Below, piece by piece: positions 1 to 14,890 of a DNA stretch of 64,000 bases. Positions within the stretch are counted from its first letter, which is position 1, and each line of letters starts with the position of its first letter. This stretch comes from Octopus sinensis (taxonomy: Eukaryota), in NCBI RefSeq assembly GCF_006345805.1, contig NC_043002.1, positions 36,580,001 to 36,644,000 on the forward strand. The letters run 5' to 3'. Below the pieces are notes generated by a model that did not search any database, was not told the DNA's origin, and worked only from the letters and a program-made list of their open reading frames with translations. Made by a program: the position numbers and the translations under genes.

Positions 1-853
1 AAATTTAAGGAACATTTTTTTGTCTTGATTTGTGATCAATTTAATTCATATTTCTTAGTTCAAAAAAAAAAAAAAAAATCTAGATTTTAGTCTTTGGTTC
101 ATTTATTGATTTTCAACTTCTAATATTAATTGCTGGCAATATCTCATGAATATAAGTTAATAATGTTTCTATAACGTTTTGTATATATTTTGTTATTTTA
201 TTTTTTTCAATTTTTGGGGGGTTTTAATACAGCAAATGAAATTTATCACACAACGTTGCATTTTAACTTGAGATTAAAAAGCCCCATTCTGTTTATATTT
301 TAAAAGATGGATAAACAGGGTTAAGAATTAAAAAAAAAAACCCATAAAATAAATTAAGAAAACTTTATCTAAAGTGGCATGCATGCTAGGGTCAGGTGAC
401 CCCTGGTCTTAAAAATTACATTTAAGTCAATCATTTTACAAACAATCGTTATTAAACAAATACATTCATGCACACAGAAAAAAAAAACAAAAAAAAACAA
501 ATAAACAAAACAAACAGAAACAACTCAACAAACAATTATATGTGTTGTGTATGTATAATGTATGTATAATTTGATGTAAATATAAATTATTTCTATCAGA
601 TGATTAAAATAGCACAAACAAAAGAAAATAAATTAAATATTATAAATATGGTTGTTGGAGTATTTGGTTCACTAGCAGAATGTTAACAGAGCAGTTCACT
701 ATGGTAACCCCAAGACTGTTATTTCCTATCACATATACTCTCCTCAATGAGGTCACCATCTGCAGACAAGAGGTAGGTTGGTGCAGAATTATTATTAACA
801 TGTAAAAGAAAGAAAGGGTGTCTGTAACATAAGTTTAACATTTTACTAACACA

Positions 854-924
854 TTAATCATAACGTGATCGTGATGTAGACGATGTCGTAAAAGTGTCCC
901 CGGCTAACGACTCAATAGTCAATT
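854..924 (-). CDS. Candidate terminal coding exon ((E)LTIESLAGDTFTTSSTSRSRYD*)
   Basis: aaatag|AA acceptor in phase 1, matching the 14908 donor; CpG-dense 70-nt island; followed by U-rich, UTR-like sequence with AATAAA-type signals. The polypyrimidine tract is weak. Confidence 0.4.
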
Positions 925-2047
925 CTATTTACTCAGATTAACTAAATTAGTGAGAAAATGATGCTGAATGTCTCCTATCAAAAACTATTGAACATAAAGA
1001 AAATTTTGACTGCCTTCACTCTCTTATTCCTCTATATTTCTCCAGTATCACTATAATTTACATCTCTCAGTCATTCCTCTTCTAGTTCTCACATTTCTCT
1101 TACAATCTCCATTTAACTCTACCTCACTCTTCATTTTTCTTCTTCTCTATCAATAAACTCATTATTTCATAAACAATGTTTGAACAAACAACAACAAAAA
1201 AAAACAACGTAAAAGTAACAAAAAAACTTCAGCAATTACTTAATTAATAATAAAAAAGCAAAACAACTGTTATTAATCATTGATTTCTTACTTTCATTAA
1301 TATTGATTCCTTATTGTTAATTAAAACAAAATATAGCAAAACAAACAATAATTGTTTCCTCAGGGAAAACTTTGATAATTTTTTATAAAACCTGCTTGTG
1401 ATTGCTTCTTTGTTTGCTTGTTAATAATGATTTTTTACTTTAGTTAAAAACCTATATGGTTTTCAGGAAGGAATATTGTTACATGCAGGGATCTTTTTTT
1501 TAATTGAACCTGAAGAGACAAAAGAAAGAAGTCTATCCTGATGGGATTTGAACTTTCAGGGACATAGAAAGGACAATGTTAAATGATGTAAAGTTTTTAG
1601 TACTATTGTATTGCTCCTGCCATTTCACCGTCCTTGCTTTGTGAATTATAATAATTTATATATGATAGACTATATTTGTCTGTTTTTATATACTGTGTTT
1701 ACGTGGAATATTACTGGCACAAACCCTTGCTTATGACAGAGTGAGATGGTTAAATTGGTGAATAAGGGAGGTAATTCATATGCAACTTTTGAAACTATTC
1801 AAAAAACTTAATGTGGTTTTTAAAATAAAGAAATATAATTTATTGCATTTGATCTTTTCTACATATTTTAGACATGACTTCACAATAGTTGAAATAAATA
1901 TGGTAATTAGAAATCATGTTGATGGAAAAACATTAGAGAAAATTTATAACTATAAAGAAATCCTATCTAGAGAATTTGACTGAAAAAGCCATCATTGATG
2001 GTATGACTCCATTAGTAGTAGTAACAGTAATAATAATAATAATAATA

Positions 2048-2250
2048 ATCCTTTCTACAAGGCCAGAAATTTGAGGGGAGGGTACTTGTCAATAACATTA
2101 ACCCCAGGTATTTCAATGGTACTTAATTTATCCACCCCAAAAGGATTAAAGGTAAAGTCGACTTTGGCAGAATTTGAACTCAGAATGTAGTGACAGGTAA
2201 ATACTGCTAAGTATTTCATCCTTGTGCTAACGATTCTGCCAGTTTGCTGC
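2048..2250 (-). mobile_element. tRNA-derived SINE, family A
   Basis: Core ttctgagttcaaattctgcc..gtcgactttgcctttcatcc..aagtacc in reverse, with tail ggccttgtagaaaggat and (AAT)n. Confidence 0.85.
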
Positions 2251-2286
<36 letters not shown>

Positions 2287-5260
2287 CTTTTCTACAATAG
2301 GCACAAGGCCTGAAATTTTGGTGGTTCACAATATTCAAAATAATCTATTCTACAATAGGCACAAGGCCTGCTTTCCACTCACATGTTTAATTATTATTAT
2401 TATTTACAATCATTACAAATTACTTAAAAAAAAGTTTTTCTCATCTCACATCTTACATAAAAGTTGTGAGTGAGCATCTCATAAAAATCATGTCACACTG
2501 TTGCATGAGGCCATGTTGCACTGTGACATGAACATTATGTTTTAAAATCATATGGAGGTCATGTCCCACTGTCAAGGAAGTTAAGCAACAGTATCCCATG
2601 ATGGTCATGTCACAGCATCACATGAAGGTTATGCCACAACTTTAAATGACATACAACTGTGTAGTAGAATCTGACCAGCAAAAGTTTTCTCTTCTTTCTA
2701 GAGTATTTGAATTCTTGCTCATCAGTTGTAGTTTAGTCTCATGTCAACCATTAGAGTAAACCAACAATCAAAGACATTCCTGCCATGACCATCCATATAT
2801 CTTTTTTTCAGACACAGTGTGGCTAAGATCATGTTATCCAATGTCTGATTCTTTCTTTTCTGATGGTAGTGTATGGTTTAATTTTGCTACTATTTCCAGC
2901 AGATGGAGTGACTAAGTAACAGTTGGCTTGTAGTCTGCCAATTAATCACTGGAGCAGTGCTGTCAGTAGTTGTCTTCATAACCTGTGAAGTATGTAGTCA
3001 ACTATTGCTACTATTTCTATACACTAATAGTAACACTCTGATTCTCTTTGCTTTATTTTGCAAATAGTAGAAATGAAATTATTGAGTAAAGTATTGGATT
3101 AACTGCTTATAGGCTGTGAGTTTATAACTTGCTTCGAGCATTTCTTAGTATTTCTGGATATAACATTTTATATCAGTTGTTCTTTATTTGACACACTATA
3201 ACCCCCGATTCTTTTTCCAATATTGAATTTTTTTGTCATCATCCTCTCCATCTTTATTAAAGAGGAAATAAAATGGTGTTTCTTTCTTCACCATGGTGTT
3301 GAAAAAGTTTTAAAAGAAGTTTAAAACTTACATTAATTTTATTAAACATAGCTATTTGTCCCTTGACTTTTTGTTCCTTACAGCCACCCCCAATCCCAAG
3401 GTTCTACTCTGTCATATAAGAAATATTACCTTCTACAACATTCTTTCAGTTCAGTTAGGCTAACTGAGTAGTGAACTAGTTGGCAGATTTGCAAGAGCAT
3501 TAGTACAGAATGCTCAGTGTTATTAATTTGTTCTCCTGTCACATTCTGAGTTCTGATCCTATTGAGGTCAACTTTGCTTTCATTTCTTTAAGATAGATGA
3601 AATACTAGTAAAGTACCAGGGTCATACCTCTTCCACCTCCTGTCTCTCACTATTTCTGAATTGGCTACATGAAAGGAGTTAAGAAATGAGTCTTCACATC
3701 ATGGCCCTATCAAAGAACCACAGGATTGCAATTTTTTTTTCTATTTTGTATTACTTTTTGAAGAATTTTTGTAACATGCTTAATTAAGGTTTTACTCTGT
3801 AAATAACAAATATATGAATATGTAAGTTTTTTTTGTACATAAGTGAAAGTAAATAAAACATTTCTAAATTTTTAAAACTGCAAGAATGGATTCACTCTAT
3901 CCTACAATTGATGTATTATTATGTATAATTGTCAAAAAAAAAAAACACATACAAATATGTGCCAAATCATTAAATTTACTCATTAATAGGTTTCAAACTG
4001 AATAATAATAATAAATAATAATAATAATAATAATATGAAATCTTTCTTCTACTATCTTAGAGCCACACTTCCATAGAGGGTGAAATAATTTTTAACAAAT
4101 TCACAGATATTTTCATATTGTTTGGAGTGACTGACATTACAGCTGGATGCCATTTCTATAACTAAACAATAAACAAAGAATAGAAAAAAATGTGATCTAT
4201 TTGTCAGTCCATAAGACAAAGGCAAGTATAGTTGTAGCTTGATAGAGGGAACAAAGCAAGAGCACTTATATAATTGGATTTGAACTGAATTCATGATCAT
4301 GTGGTCAGTACTCATGATTCTTGAAAATTACAGCTATTGTATTACATAGGTGAGTAAGAGAGAAAATCAACAACTAATGAGAAAGAGAGGAATAGAGGAA
4401 GGGGAAAGAAAAGAGATGGAGTGGGAAAGAGAGAGACTGTGCATATGTGTATGTGGGAAAGAGAAAGAGGTTTATATACTTACAGTTTTAGTACATGTGC
4501 AAAACAGAAAACCAACAAGAGATAGATAGATAGATAGATAGATAGACAGGGAAAGAGGAAGGAAGAGAGAAGGAAAGAGAGAGGGAGAGACAGAGTTAGA
4601 AAGGTAGAGAAAGGGAGAAGGCAAGAGAAATAGAGAGGTAGAGGACAGGAGAGAAATGAAGAGAGAGAGAGAGAGAGAGTTTTGTTGTCAGAGAGAAATA
4701 GAAATATATACCTCATGTGTTATTGAAAAGTATTCTTAACAGAATTATTTATGTTAAAAAAAAAAAATCAACAAAAATTACAAAGTGTAAAATGTGCGCA
4801 TATGGAAAATTTAATTTAACACATCCTTAATACATGATGTTATTTACAACAACAACAACAACAACAATGAAGTATAAAAAGAATAATAACAGTGATATCA
4901 TAACATAAACATGTGGTCAAATTTTTTCAAAGGGAAGTTGATTTTTTGTCATTTGAATCTATTCCAGTATATTACTAGTATTTACTTCTTTTATTGACCT
5001 AGGAGGGATTTCAGCTCAGAAAATAGAAAGAAACCAGAGAAAACTAAATGCTCCAAGGAGCATTTTAGTTTTGCAGTTCTACCATTTCTTCTAACAACAA
5101 CAACAACAACAACAACAACAATAATAATGGTTTCTGTGGAATGAGGCAATTGAGCATGGCTGTTAGACATAGAGCAATTAGACATAGAACCTGGTTCAGC
5201 AACAGTATTTTCTAGGGACTGGAGTAAGGCGTACACACACATACACATGCAGAAATATGC

Positions 5261-5318
<58 letters not shown>

Positions 5319-5332
5319 ATACAATTCATTAA

Positions 5333-6242
5333 TTGGTTTCAAATTCTGGCACACAGCCAGCAATTTCAGGGGAGCAGGTAAGTTGATTACACTGGCCCCA
5401 GTGTTCAACTGGTACAAATTTCATCAACCCTGAAGGGATGAAAGGCAAAGCTGACCTCAGTGGAATTTGAATTCAGAATGTAAAGACAGAAGAAATGCTG
5501 CTAGGCATTTTGTCTGGCATGCTAATGATTCTGCCAGCTTACCGCTGAATTATAATTTATTAACTGAACATGATTAGCATAAACATTTTCCCTCTATTCA
5601 CATGCATAAAAAGAAATATGCTCACACACATGAACAGAGAGAGAAGGAGAAATGAGGAGAGAAGGGGAAAGAGACAGAGGGAGAGAACAAAAGAAATGTT
5701 AAAACATCTGATGCCAAATAAATTAGTGTCGAATCAGCCATGTCAAATAAGAGGCATCAAAATGGTTGTGCCAAAACGTCTCATATCCTGGATTGTGATT
5801 TTGGCACAAGGCCAGTAATTTTAAAGGGAGGGATTTAGTTGATGTCAAAGATCCAAGTACTTAACTTTATCTTATCAACCCCAAAAGGATGAAAGGCAAA
5901 GTTGATCTGGCCAGAGTGTAATGAACTGGAAGAAAATGATGCAGAGCATTTTTCTGATGCTCTATTGATTCTGTCAATCAAATAACCTTAATATGAATAA
6001 CCGTTTTAGTAATTGTTTCTAATTTAGACACAAAGCCAGCAATTTTGAGAGAAAGGGGTGCTTGATGATTGAATTGACCCCTGTATTTGACTGGTACATT
6101 TCAGTGACCCTGGTGGAAGTGGGGTGGGAGATTAAAGGCAAACTTGACCTTGGTGAGATTTAAGTCCAGAATGTAAAGAGTGGGAAGAAATATCACAAGA
6201 CATTTGGTCTAACACTCTAATGATTCTGCCCATCCACCATTC
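5333..6242 (-). mobile_element. Three family-A SINE copies (~5333-5546, ~5790-5975, ~6015-6242)
   Basis: Repeated core ggatgaaaggcaaag..gacc..gaatttgaa.tcagaatgtaaag. Confidence 0.8.
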
Positions 6243-6286
<44 letters not shown>

Positions 6287-6937
6287 GGAATGAACAAAAC
6301 AGAACAATAATAATTTCAACAAATATAAAAGGTTATTAACAGTGATGTTAATATCATTAACAGTGGTAGTAATATAACAAAGGCAATATTATAATCAGAG
6401 TAATAGGATGGCATTATTATTAGTATTACTTATAGTTATAGAGGTAATAATAGTGGTGGTTGTGGTGGCAGTAGTAGTAGTAGGAGTAGGAGTAGTAGCA
6501 GCAGCAGTAGTTGTAGTAGGAGTAGTATCATCATCCTTCATAAGCATAAAAACTCGAGCTTTTAAAAACTTTTAGGTGAGGAGGGCAAAGAAATGGGGAC
6601 TGTAATGGCTTAACCAAAGGCGTTAAGTTATATTAATATCAATAATGATGATGATGATGATGAGGAGGAGGATAACAGCTGTAACAATAACAATTACATA
6701 AGTGATGAGGATGATGATGATAATAACAGCAACAATAACAAATGCAACAATGTTAACATCAATAATAATTTCCTTATTTAAATAATGATTTCTTACAAAT
6801 TAAATATTAGTTGTAATAATGATATCAATAGTTCTCATAATGACACTGAAAATTATATTGTACCATATTACTTCATTATTATCTATAACAATAGAAAAAA
6901 AAAAATAATAATGATAATGATAATAATAATAATAATA

Positions 6938-7655
6938 CTGGTTTCAAAATTTGGCAAAAGGCCAGCAATTTTGGGGAGTGGGTAAGTCAATTACATTGAC
7001 TCCAGTGCTCAACTGGTACTTATGTTATCAACCCTGGAAGGATGAAAGGCAAAGTTGACCCCGGCAGAATTTGAACTCAGAACGTAAAGATGGATGAAAT
7101 GGCATTAAGCATTTTCCCCAGCATGCTAATGATTCCGTCAGCTTGCTGTCGTAGAGTCAGAATGAATGCTGGCTTCAAATTTTGGCATAAGGCCAACAAT
7201 TTCGAGGGTGGGGGGTAAGTTGATTACATCAACCCCAGTACTTTACTGGTACTTATTTTATCAACCCTGAAAGGATGAAAGGCAAAGTCACCCTCAGCGG
7301 AATTTGAACTCAGAATGTAATGACAGACGAAATGCCGCTAAGCATTTTGCCTGCTGTGCTAATAATTCTGCCAGTTTGCCAACTTGGAGTCAGAACAAAT
7401 ATTGTGAAGCATTTTGATTGATGCTCTAATAATTCTGCAAATTTACCTTCCTCTAATAATCCTCAATAATATAGGCACAAAGCCTGAAATATATAGGGAG
7501 GATGCTAGTTGATTATATCAACCCTAGGATTTAACTGATACTTATTTTATACACCCTGAAAAGATGTAAGGCGAAGTTGACCAATGTAGATATGGACGAA
7601 ATGATGCTAAGTATTTGGTCTGGTGTGCTAATGATTCTGCCAGCTTATTACCTTG

Positions 7656-7687
<32 letters not shown>

Positions 7688-7918
7688 GTCAAAATAATAA
7701 TGATGGTTTCAAATTTTGCCACAACAGCAGCAATTTTGGGGGAGGGGATGAGTTGATTACATCAACCCCAGTGTTCAACTGGTACTTATTAGATCAGTTC
7801 CTAAAGGATGAAAGGAAAATTTGACCTTGGTGGAATTTGAACTCAGAACGTAAAGACAAATGAAATGTCGCTAAGCAGTTTGACTGGCTTGCTAACAATT
7901 CTGTCAGCAAACTGCCTT
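6938..7918 (-). mobile_element. Head-to-tail train of four full and one partial family-A SINEs
   Basis: Copies at ~6938, 7171, 7386 (partial), 7470 and 7702, all in the same orientation, some separated by (AAT)n. Confidence 0.85.
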
Positions 7919-10380
7919 AATAATAATAATGATGATGATGATGGTTAGTAATTAACAACTTTTAATGAGAGATTTTTTTTTTATGGAAAAAAAACCCCAC
8001 AAACCTAATATTTGTAAGATGAGAGATTTTGGTAATTTGAATTCTGATCCCACTCCCAAATCCACTATTAATTCAAGAGGGATGAAAAGCAAAATTGAAT
8101 ACAACAAAGTTAAAAAAAAACCAAAAACAAAACACCAACGTAAGATAACATTGTTCAGAGCAGTGAGGCACAAACTAAAAGTCTAAAAGCAACTAGTCCA
8201 GCTCTCTATGTACTGTGTGTACCAAATTTCTTATGTTAATAATAGAAAGTGTGGGGATACTATCATTTGTTTCTTCATATGTAATATTAATTAGTAATTA
8301 TCAATAGCTGTTGTGAGAGGTGATTAATATTATTTGTGCTTCAATTCATGAAATTTTGTTTATTTATTCAAGATATTTTTGAATTATTTGAATTTGTTAT
8401 GAAAGTAAATCAGGATAAGTTTTGCCTTTTTATTTCTTTGTTTTTTTTTTGTTCTTTTTATTTTATTAGTTATAATTATTATTATCTTTTTTTACTTCTC
8501 TCCTCTAAAAATCTGACCGAGACAGACACATAAAACTGATAGAATATCATGAAGGGTTATTGCCAAATACATCAGTGAGTCATTATTTCTAGAAGTAAAA
8601 AAAAAAAAAAAGAATGAATTCAAGAAACGAAAATAAAACAAAACAAAAACAGGAACAATAAATAAAACAAAACAAGAACTGAAACTTGCTAAAAACACCC
8701 TGAAAGACCAACCAACCATCCAACCAACCAACCAACCAGCCATCAAATAAACAGTCAAACAAACAGTGAATTAGTTGTTGATGGTTATTGCATTGCACAA
8801 ATTCACTAAACATGTAGTCTGCATGACTCAATGGCAAAACTAGAGCAATCAGTAGCCTCTTAACATTAACAAGGTATCATTGCTCTTGAATGATTTCACA
8901 AGATCATTTTTATATTCATTTTTTTTTGTATTGCAGCAATCTTCTATGAATTTACAGAAACTCTTCTGGCCTAAAAAAAAAAATTACACCTGCCATTTTC
9001 TGAAAAAATTAATTTCTTTCTGTGCTTTTATTTTTTTGAAGTTTTAGAATAACTATTTTGAAATATACCATTATTATAGTAACTTTTTAATGAATGCCAT
9101 GGTAATCTAGTTTTGCCATTGATTGAATTATTTCCATTGTGTTGGAATCCACCACTAAAATATCTAAAAGAAAAAGAAAACCGCCCAATAACCAATTTAA
9201 TGTTTAATGTCCAAACCTAGTTGCTTGTCACTCTTGGGACATGTTTAATTTTCAGAGAGAAAAAAAAAAATAAAATAGGGTTTAACATATACATAAAAAT
9301 GTTGCTTAATCTATTTGAAGGTATTAAAAAAACCCATAGAAAACCAACAAATGATGAAGAAAAAAATTATTAAACATGATTCAATATATGTCGTTAGGAA
9401 CAGTTGTGGTGGATATTTTATAATATGAAACTTTTTTTCTTTTTTGGTGAGTATGATTCAAAGGAAAAGTCAAAAGTCAAAGTTTAGTTTATAATTTAAT
9501 ATGGTGTTCATGAAACAATTATCTGATAGTATGTAAAATGATCATATCATACAGTTAACGATGTTATTGTGTTGGTTGTTGTTCTTACACTGTAAGCAGT
9601 TAATGCATACACCCGTATTTGCATCTACGTTTGTTGGTAACAGATTGTGGAAGGGAATCATTTTCTCTAGGCATACATGTGAATCTTCCAACTGCAAGCA
9701 TACTGCTTACTGCCAAAGGAATTATTTTTTTTGGTTTTACTCGATTAAATATTAACATTCTGAGTAAAATAATCTAAGATTTTTTTGTTTTTTTTTCCAT
9801 AGAAATCAATTGATTTCAATAATTTTAAAATATGTTTTTTTTTTTGTAAATGATATTTTTTCAGCTTGTTTAGGAATTTTAGTCTGGACATAGGATATTA
9901 AATTTTAATGGCTAATTAATAATATAAATACCAATTTAATTTTTTTAAATAAAAGTTTTTCTTAATTTTACATTGCATATAAATCTTCAATTATCAATGA
10001 TTTTCACTGTAAAATCTATAAATTTGATCAGATTGAACATGGAAGATAAATAAGAGACCAATTTTTGCATTTTCATGGATTATTTTGTAATATTTTCCCC
10101 CCATTTTCCTTTTTACTTCAATTAAACTTGGCTTAAGAGATTTCACTCAAAATCTGTCTGATTAAGTCTAAAACATCAATAAATAAAATATACTTGCATA
10201 TCAGATTAATTCAGATTAAATTTCTTTAACAACCTTTATGTGTGCATACACACTGAAACACATACATACATGTACAAACATATACACACACATAATGCTT
10301 TGGACAATGTTTCCAATTATTTTTTAATGAACAGTTATAGAAACTCACTGGTAAATCATTACATGAATGTGTTAGTGTGA

Positions 10381-10612
<232 letters not shown>

Positions 10613-11285
10613 AATAAATACATAGACATACATACATACATACATATATATGTATGTATACATGAAAACACACATATAATATATATGTATATATAAAATG
10701 TATGTGTGTGTTCATATATACATATATATATGTATAAAATGTATGTGTGTATGTTTGTACATGTGTGTCTGTGTCTGGGTCTATGTGCGTGGGATTTTGG
10801 TTAATGAATAAATATTTTGTTATATTTTATTTCTCAGTGAAAGAAAAGAAATAAAAACAAAATAAAAGCATATGATGAAAGAATACTCACTCTCCAAATA
10901 TTTCAATATCTGCATTGTAAAATGAGTAGGTTTTGAAATAATATAGGGTGAATAAGTTATAATATTATTTAATGAATCAGTAATAAAAATAATAACAGTA
11001 ATAAATATGAGTCTCTCTCATATAACAGCTGAGTTTTTGCATATATCAATAAATATTCTAATGTTATGTGGAGAAAATTCACATCTTAATTCTCACATAT
11101 CTTTTGAAGGATGACAAAAAAACAACAAAAACAAAAACAAAAAACCCCCTGAAAACATGGTGAAGAGTAAACTCAGGAAGGCAAAAAGAGAAGCTTAGCG
11201 AGAAAAAGGAAGAGGAAAAGAGAGAAGAAAAGATTTACAAGATCATATATATATAAACACATGTGTGTTTGTGTGTGTGTGTGTG

Positions 11286-11340
<55 letters not shown>

Positions 11341-11976
11341 CTATATGCCACTGTTGCATATATACAAATATATACACATGTATTTATGCATGTATGATTA
11401 TAAATGTACATCTCTCTCTCTCTCTCTATCTATCTATATATATAGAGAGAGATATAGATACATATACACATATAGACATCAATATATATAATTTAGCTTC
11501 TGATCTGTAAGTTAATCTCAAACTTTTAATTCTCTTTTCTTTTATTTGAAATTTTGAATTAACTATACTAATATGTTAACATTAATGGAAACCAAAAATA
11601 TATAACTATATATATATATATAAATGTGATAAAAAAAATTGCTTATATTGAATCAAATTCTGAATTCTTTGATTTTGTTTTGGGAATTTTAACTGGATTC
11701 ATATTCTAAATGACACTTTCTTACAATTCTGATACAGGTCACTGCATTCCACATATTTTGTTTATGATAAACTCTTGGATTTATCAATTTGAATTTTCAA
11801 GCTAAAAATCCTTTTCCCACACCCACCATACATACACACACACACACACACGTATATATGCATACATATAAGTTGAAATATCTTACAAACATATTTCAAC
11901 TAACTTAATGTTTGTATATATATATATATATATATACACACACTCATATACATGTGTATATATATATACATGCACA

Positions 11977-12011
<35 letters not shown>

Positions 12012-12816
12012 GCAACTATGCATACATATCTGTCTAATCTATCTATCTATCCACACAAACACAAATATATATGCATACATACACACTCCAAACAGTTCAT
12101 CTCTGCAGTAATGCTTGGCTAAACCATTTGGCAAGATTTGAAATCCCTGTCAAAACTAAAGTTATTAAAATCTTGACATTTTTTCTTAGTACATGTAACC
12201 TCATTTTCACCAATTTATATATCACTGATGCAGAATAACATGGTATGATGAATTGTGAACCATGTTATGCTTGTCACAAGTTGATCTGTGATAACACAAA
12301 TCAGTGATCAGTCAAAAATTCTGCTTGGGCAGCATAAACATACCCCAATGACCTCACAACATTCAGTTACCCATAACGCACTCTTTATCACTTGTGCTTA
12401 CAGGACCATGTTATGAGGCTGCATATTTTTTGATATGGATATTTGGACTCATACCCATCAATATGGGACCAATGAACAGAAAATTTATAAAGGTGCCTGA
12501 TCCTAACAAACGATTCAGTTAAGTGTGTTCACTAAGGTAAATGGTAAAGATGATCCTGAAAATTCGTGATGGCACATCGCTGCTGTGAGCTGTGTGTTTG
12601 GTTTCCATTTACAGACTGCATGGCTATGATTCATTTATCATTATGTCTTTTGGGAACCAAAACCTCTATGATAAATAAGTATATTGAGTTCACACAATCA
12701 AAAAATGAAATTTTTTTGTTATCCTTAAAATTCTTTCAAATTAACAACTCTTGTATTAACTTACATATGCACAAGCACACTGTCATTTATGCATATATGA
12801 GTGTGCAAATAAATGA

Positions 12817-12884
<68 letters not shown>

Positions 12885-14089
12885 GAGAGAGAGAGAGAGA
12901 GTGAGAGAGAGAGGGGGAGAGAGAGAGAATTTTAAATTGTAATAAAGTAAAAGGTGGTAGCTGATACTGGTAAGGTGGGTAACTCAATGCAACTTGGGTA
13001 TTTAATAATGCAATTTTATATATACCCCGACAGCGATGGAGATAATGCACTGAGAGAGAGAGAGAGAGAGAAAAAGAGAGAGAGAGAGAGAGAGGGGGGG
13101 ATAAAACTGCAAAAATAAAGTAATAAAATTTGATTACAAATGAAGTTGCAGTATTGCTTTTCTCTTTTTACCTTCCACTAATGTTAATATACTAAAATTT
13201 ATTTAAAAAGAAATGAAAGGAGTACTAAAACAGTTTACTCTTGATACCTTGTCATATTAAATATATATATATATTATATATGGTTGGTGTAAATATGATT
13301 TGTTTTTAATTCTTAAATATTATTATATCCTACTGTAACTAAGATTTTAATAAATATATATGTGTATATATTTATATATATATATATATTTAAAGGTATA
13401 TACTATAAATATAATGGTTATATCACTTTGGTTTTTCATTTTATTTTGTACATTTTTGTAAAAAGAGTTGTAAAAATGTGTTAATTTTTTTAAACAATTT
13501 GTGCATGCTCAAATATCACTATACAGTACTGGCATAGAATTAAATGAAAGAAAACTTGCAAAAAACAATTGCTTCATATGTCAACATGGTGGTGGGACAA
13601 AAAAAAAAATATGGAAAAAAAAAAAAAAAGAGAAACCCAACAAACCATTCAGTGATTTTCTTCAGTAAAATTTCCCCCCGCACCAACCCGCCCAACATTT
13701 TAAGTCTTTGGTTTCTAATTTCATTCTATGTTCAATCTTAATGGTAGAATACTTCGTATAAAGATATACTGAAACAGTTAGTTTAATCAAGTTATTCTTA
13801 CAGTAACAATATTTTTGAAAGACTTTTGTGCATGGTTTTCTACAAAAAAAAAAAAAATTGTGTGTAATTTTAAAGATTAATTTTTAAACTTTTTCTTTGA
13901 GTGTGTATGCACCATAATTGATTTTACTATTTTCAAATGATGCATGTGTGCAACTATATTTGTTTGTGTGTACTTATGCATATGTTTGTCAGTGTGTTCT
14001 GTGTATGTGTATGTATGCACCTGCACGTATGTGTGTGCGTATGTGTGCTTAGATGTATATTTAAATATATGTATATACATGTATTTGTG

Positions 14090-14127
<38 letters not shown>

Positions 14128-14136
14128 GAGTACATA

Positions 14137-14177
<41 letters not shown>

Positions 14178-14183
14178 ATGTGT

Positions 14184-14220
<37 letters not shown>

Positions 14221-14890
14221 TATATACCTATATTGAGTATGCGTGAGTGCATGTGTGTGTATATATTGGCTGCATGTGCATGTACACATATACACACACA
14301 TGTAAACCTATTGGATAGCATGAGTTTAGTTTCATATTTTGCTAAAGGATGGCAAATAATTAAGTAAGAATTTTATGAATCTCTACTAGTGGAAAATTTG
14401 TTTGGAGTGATTGACCATGTGAGAATTTTTTCGTATTTTGTATCTAATTGCTTCAAGAGATATCTCATATATATATATTCTTTCATCAAAATATTTCAAA
14501 TTAAAACAGTTGTTTTATGTTTTTTTTTCTTTTAAATTCATCATACAGTATTTCATATTTTGCTTTTTCTTCTTTCATTATTTTCCTCTGAAGAATTTTT
14601 TTTAGAAAATCCAAGGAATATCGATGTAAAGGAAACATTCTAACAAAATAGATATTTAAAATCCTAGAAATATTTGCAAAACAAAAGCAGAAAGAAATTC
14701 TGAAGGATACCAATGAAATTGATACAGTCATAGAGAAATAAAAATAGAAACAAAACTTCAAACAATAGGTAACTGGGAGTAGAAATAAATAAACCATTAA
14801 GGAATAGTTAAAGAGGATAAATAAATAAATAGGTAAGTAGATGTTAGATAGACAATGAAATACAATGGACACAAAGAAGAAAAGCATTTG

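Noticed and set aside
8849-8970. Strong poly-T acceptor followed by a 41-codon phase-1 frame (QKSFCKFIEDCCNTKK...RGY*) as an alternative last exon
   Set aside because: Phase-compatible, but it has an internal A9 run and no compositional support. Similar open frames also follow AGs at ~4160 and ~9690, so chance is likely.
14501-14887. 128-aa hydrophobic ORF directly after the large exon
   Set aside because: T-rich intron/UTR sequence with F/L/I bias and no protein-like pattern.
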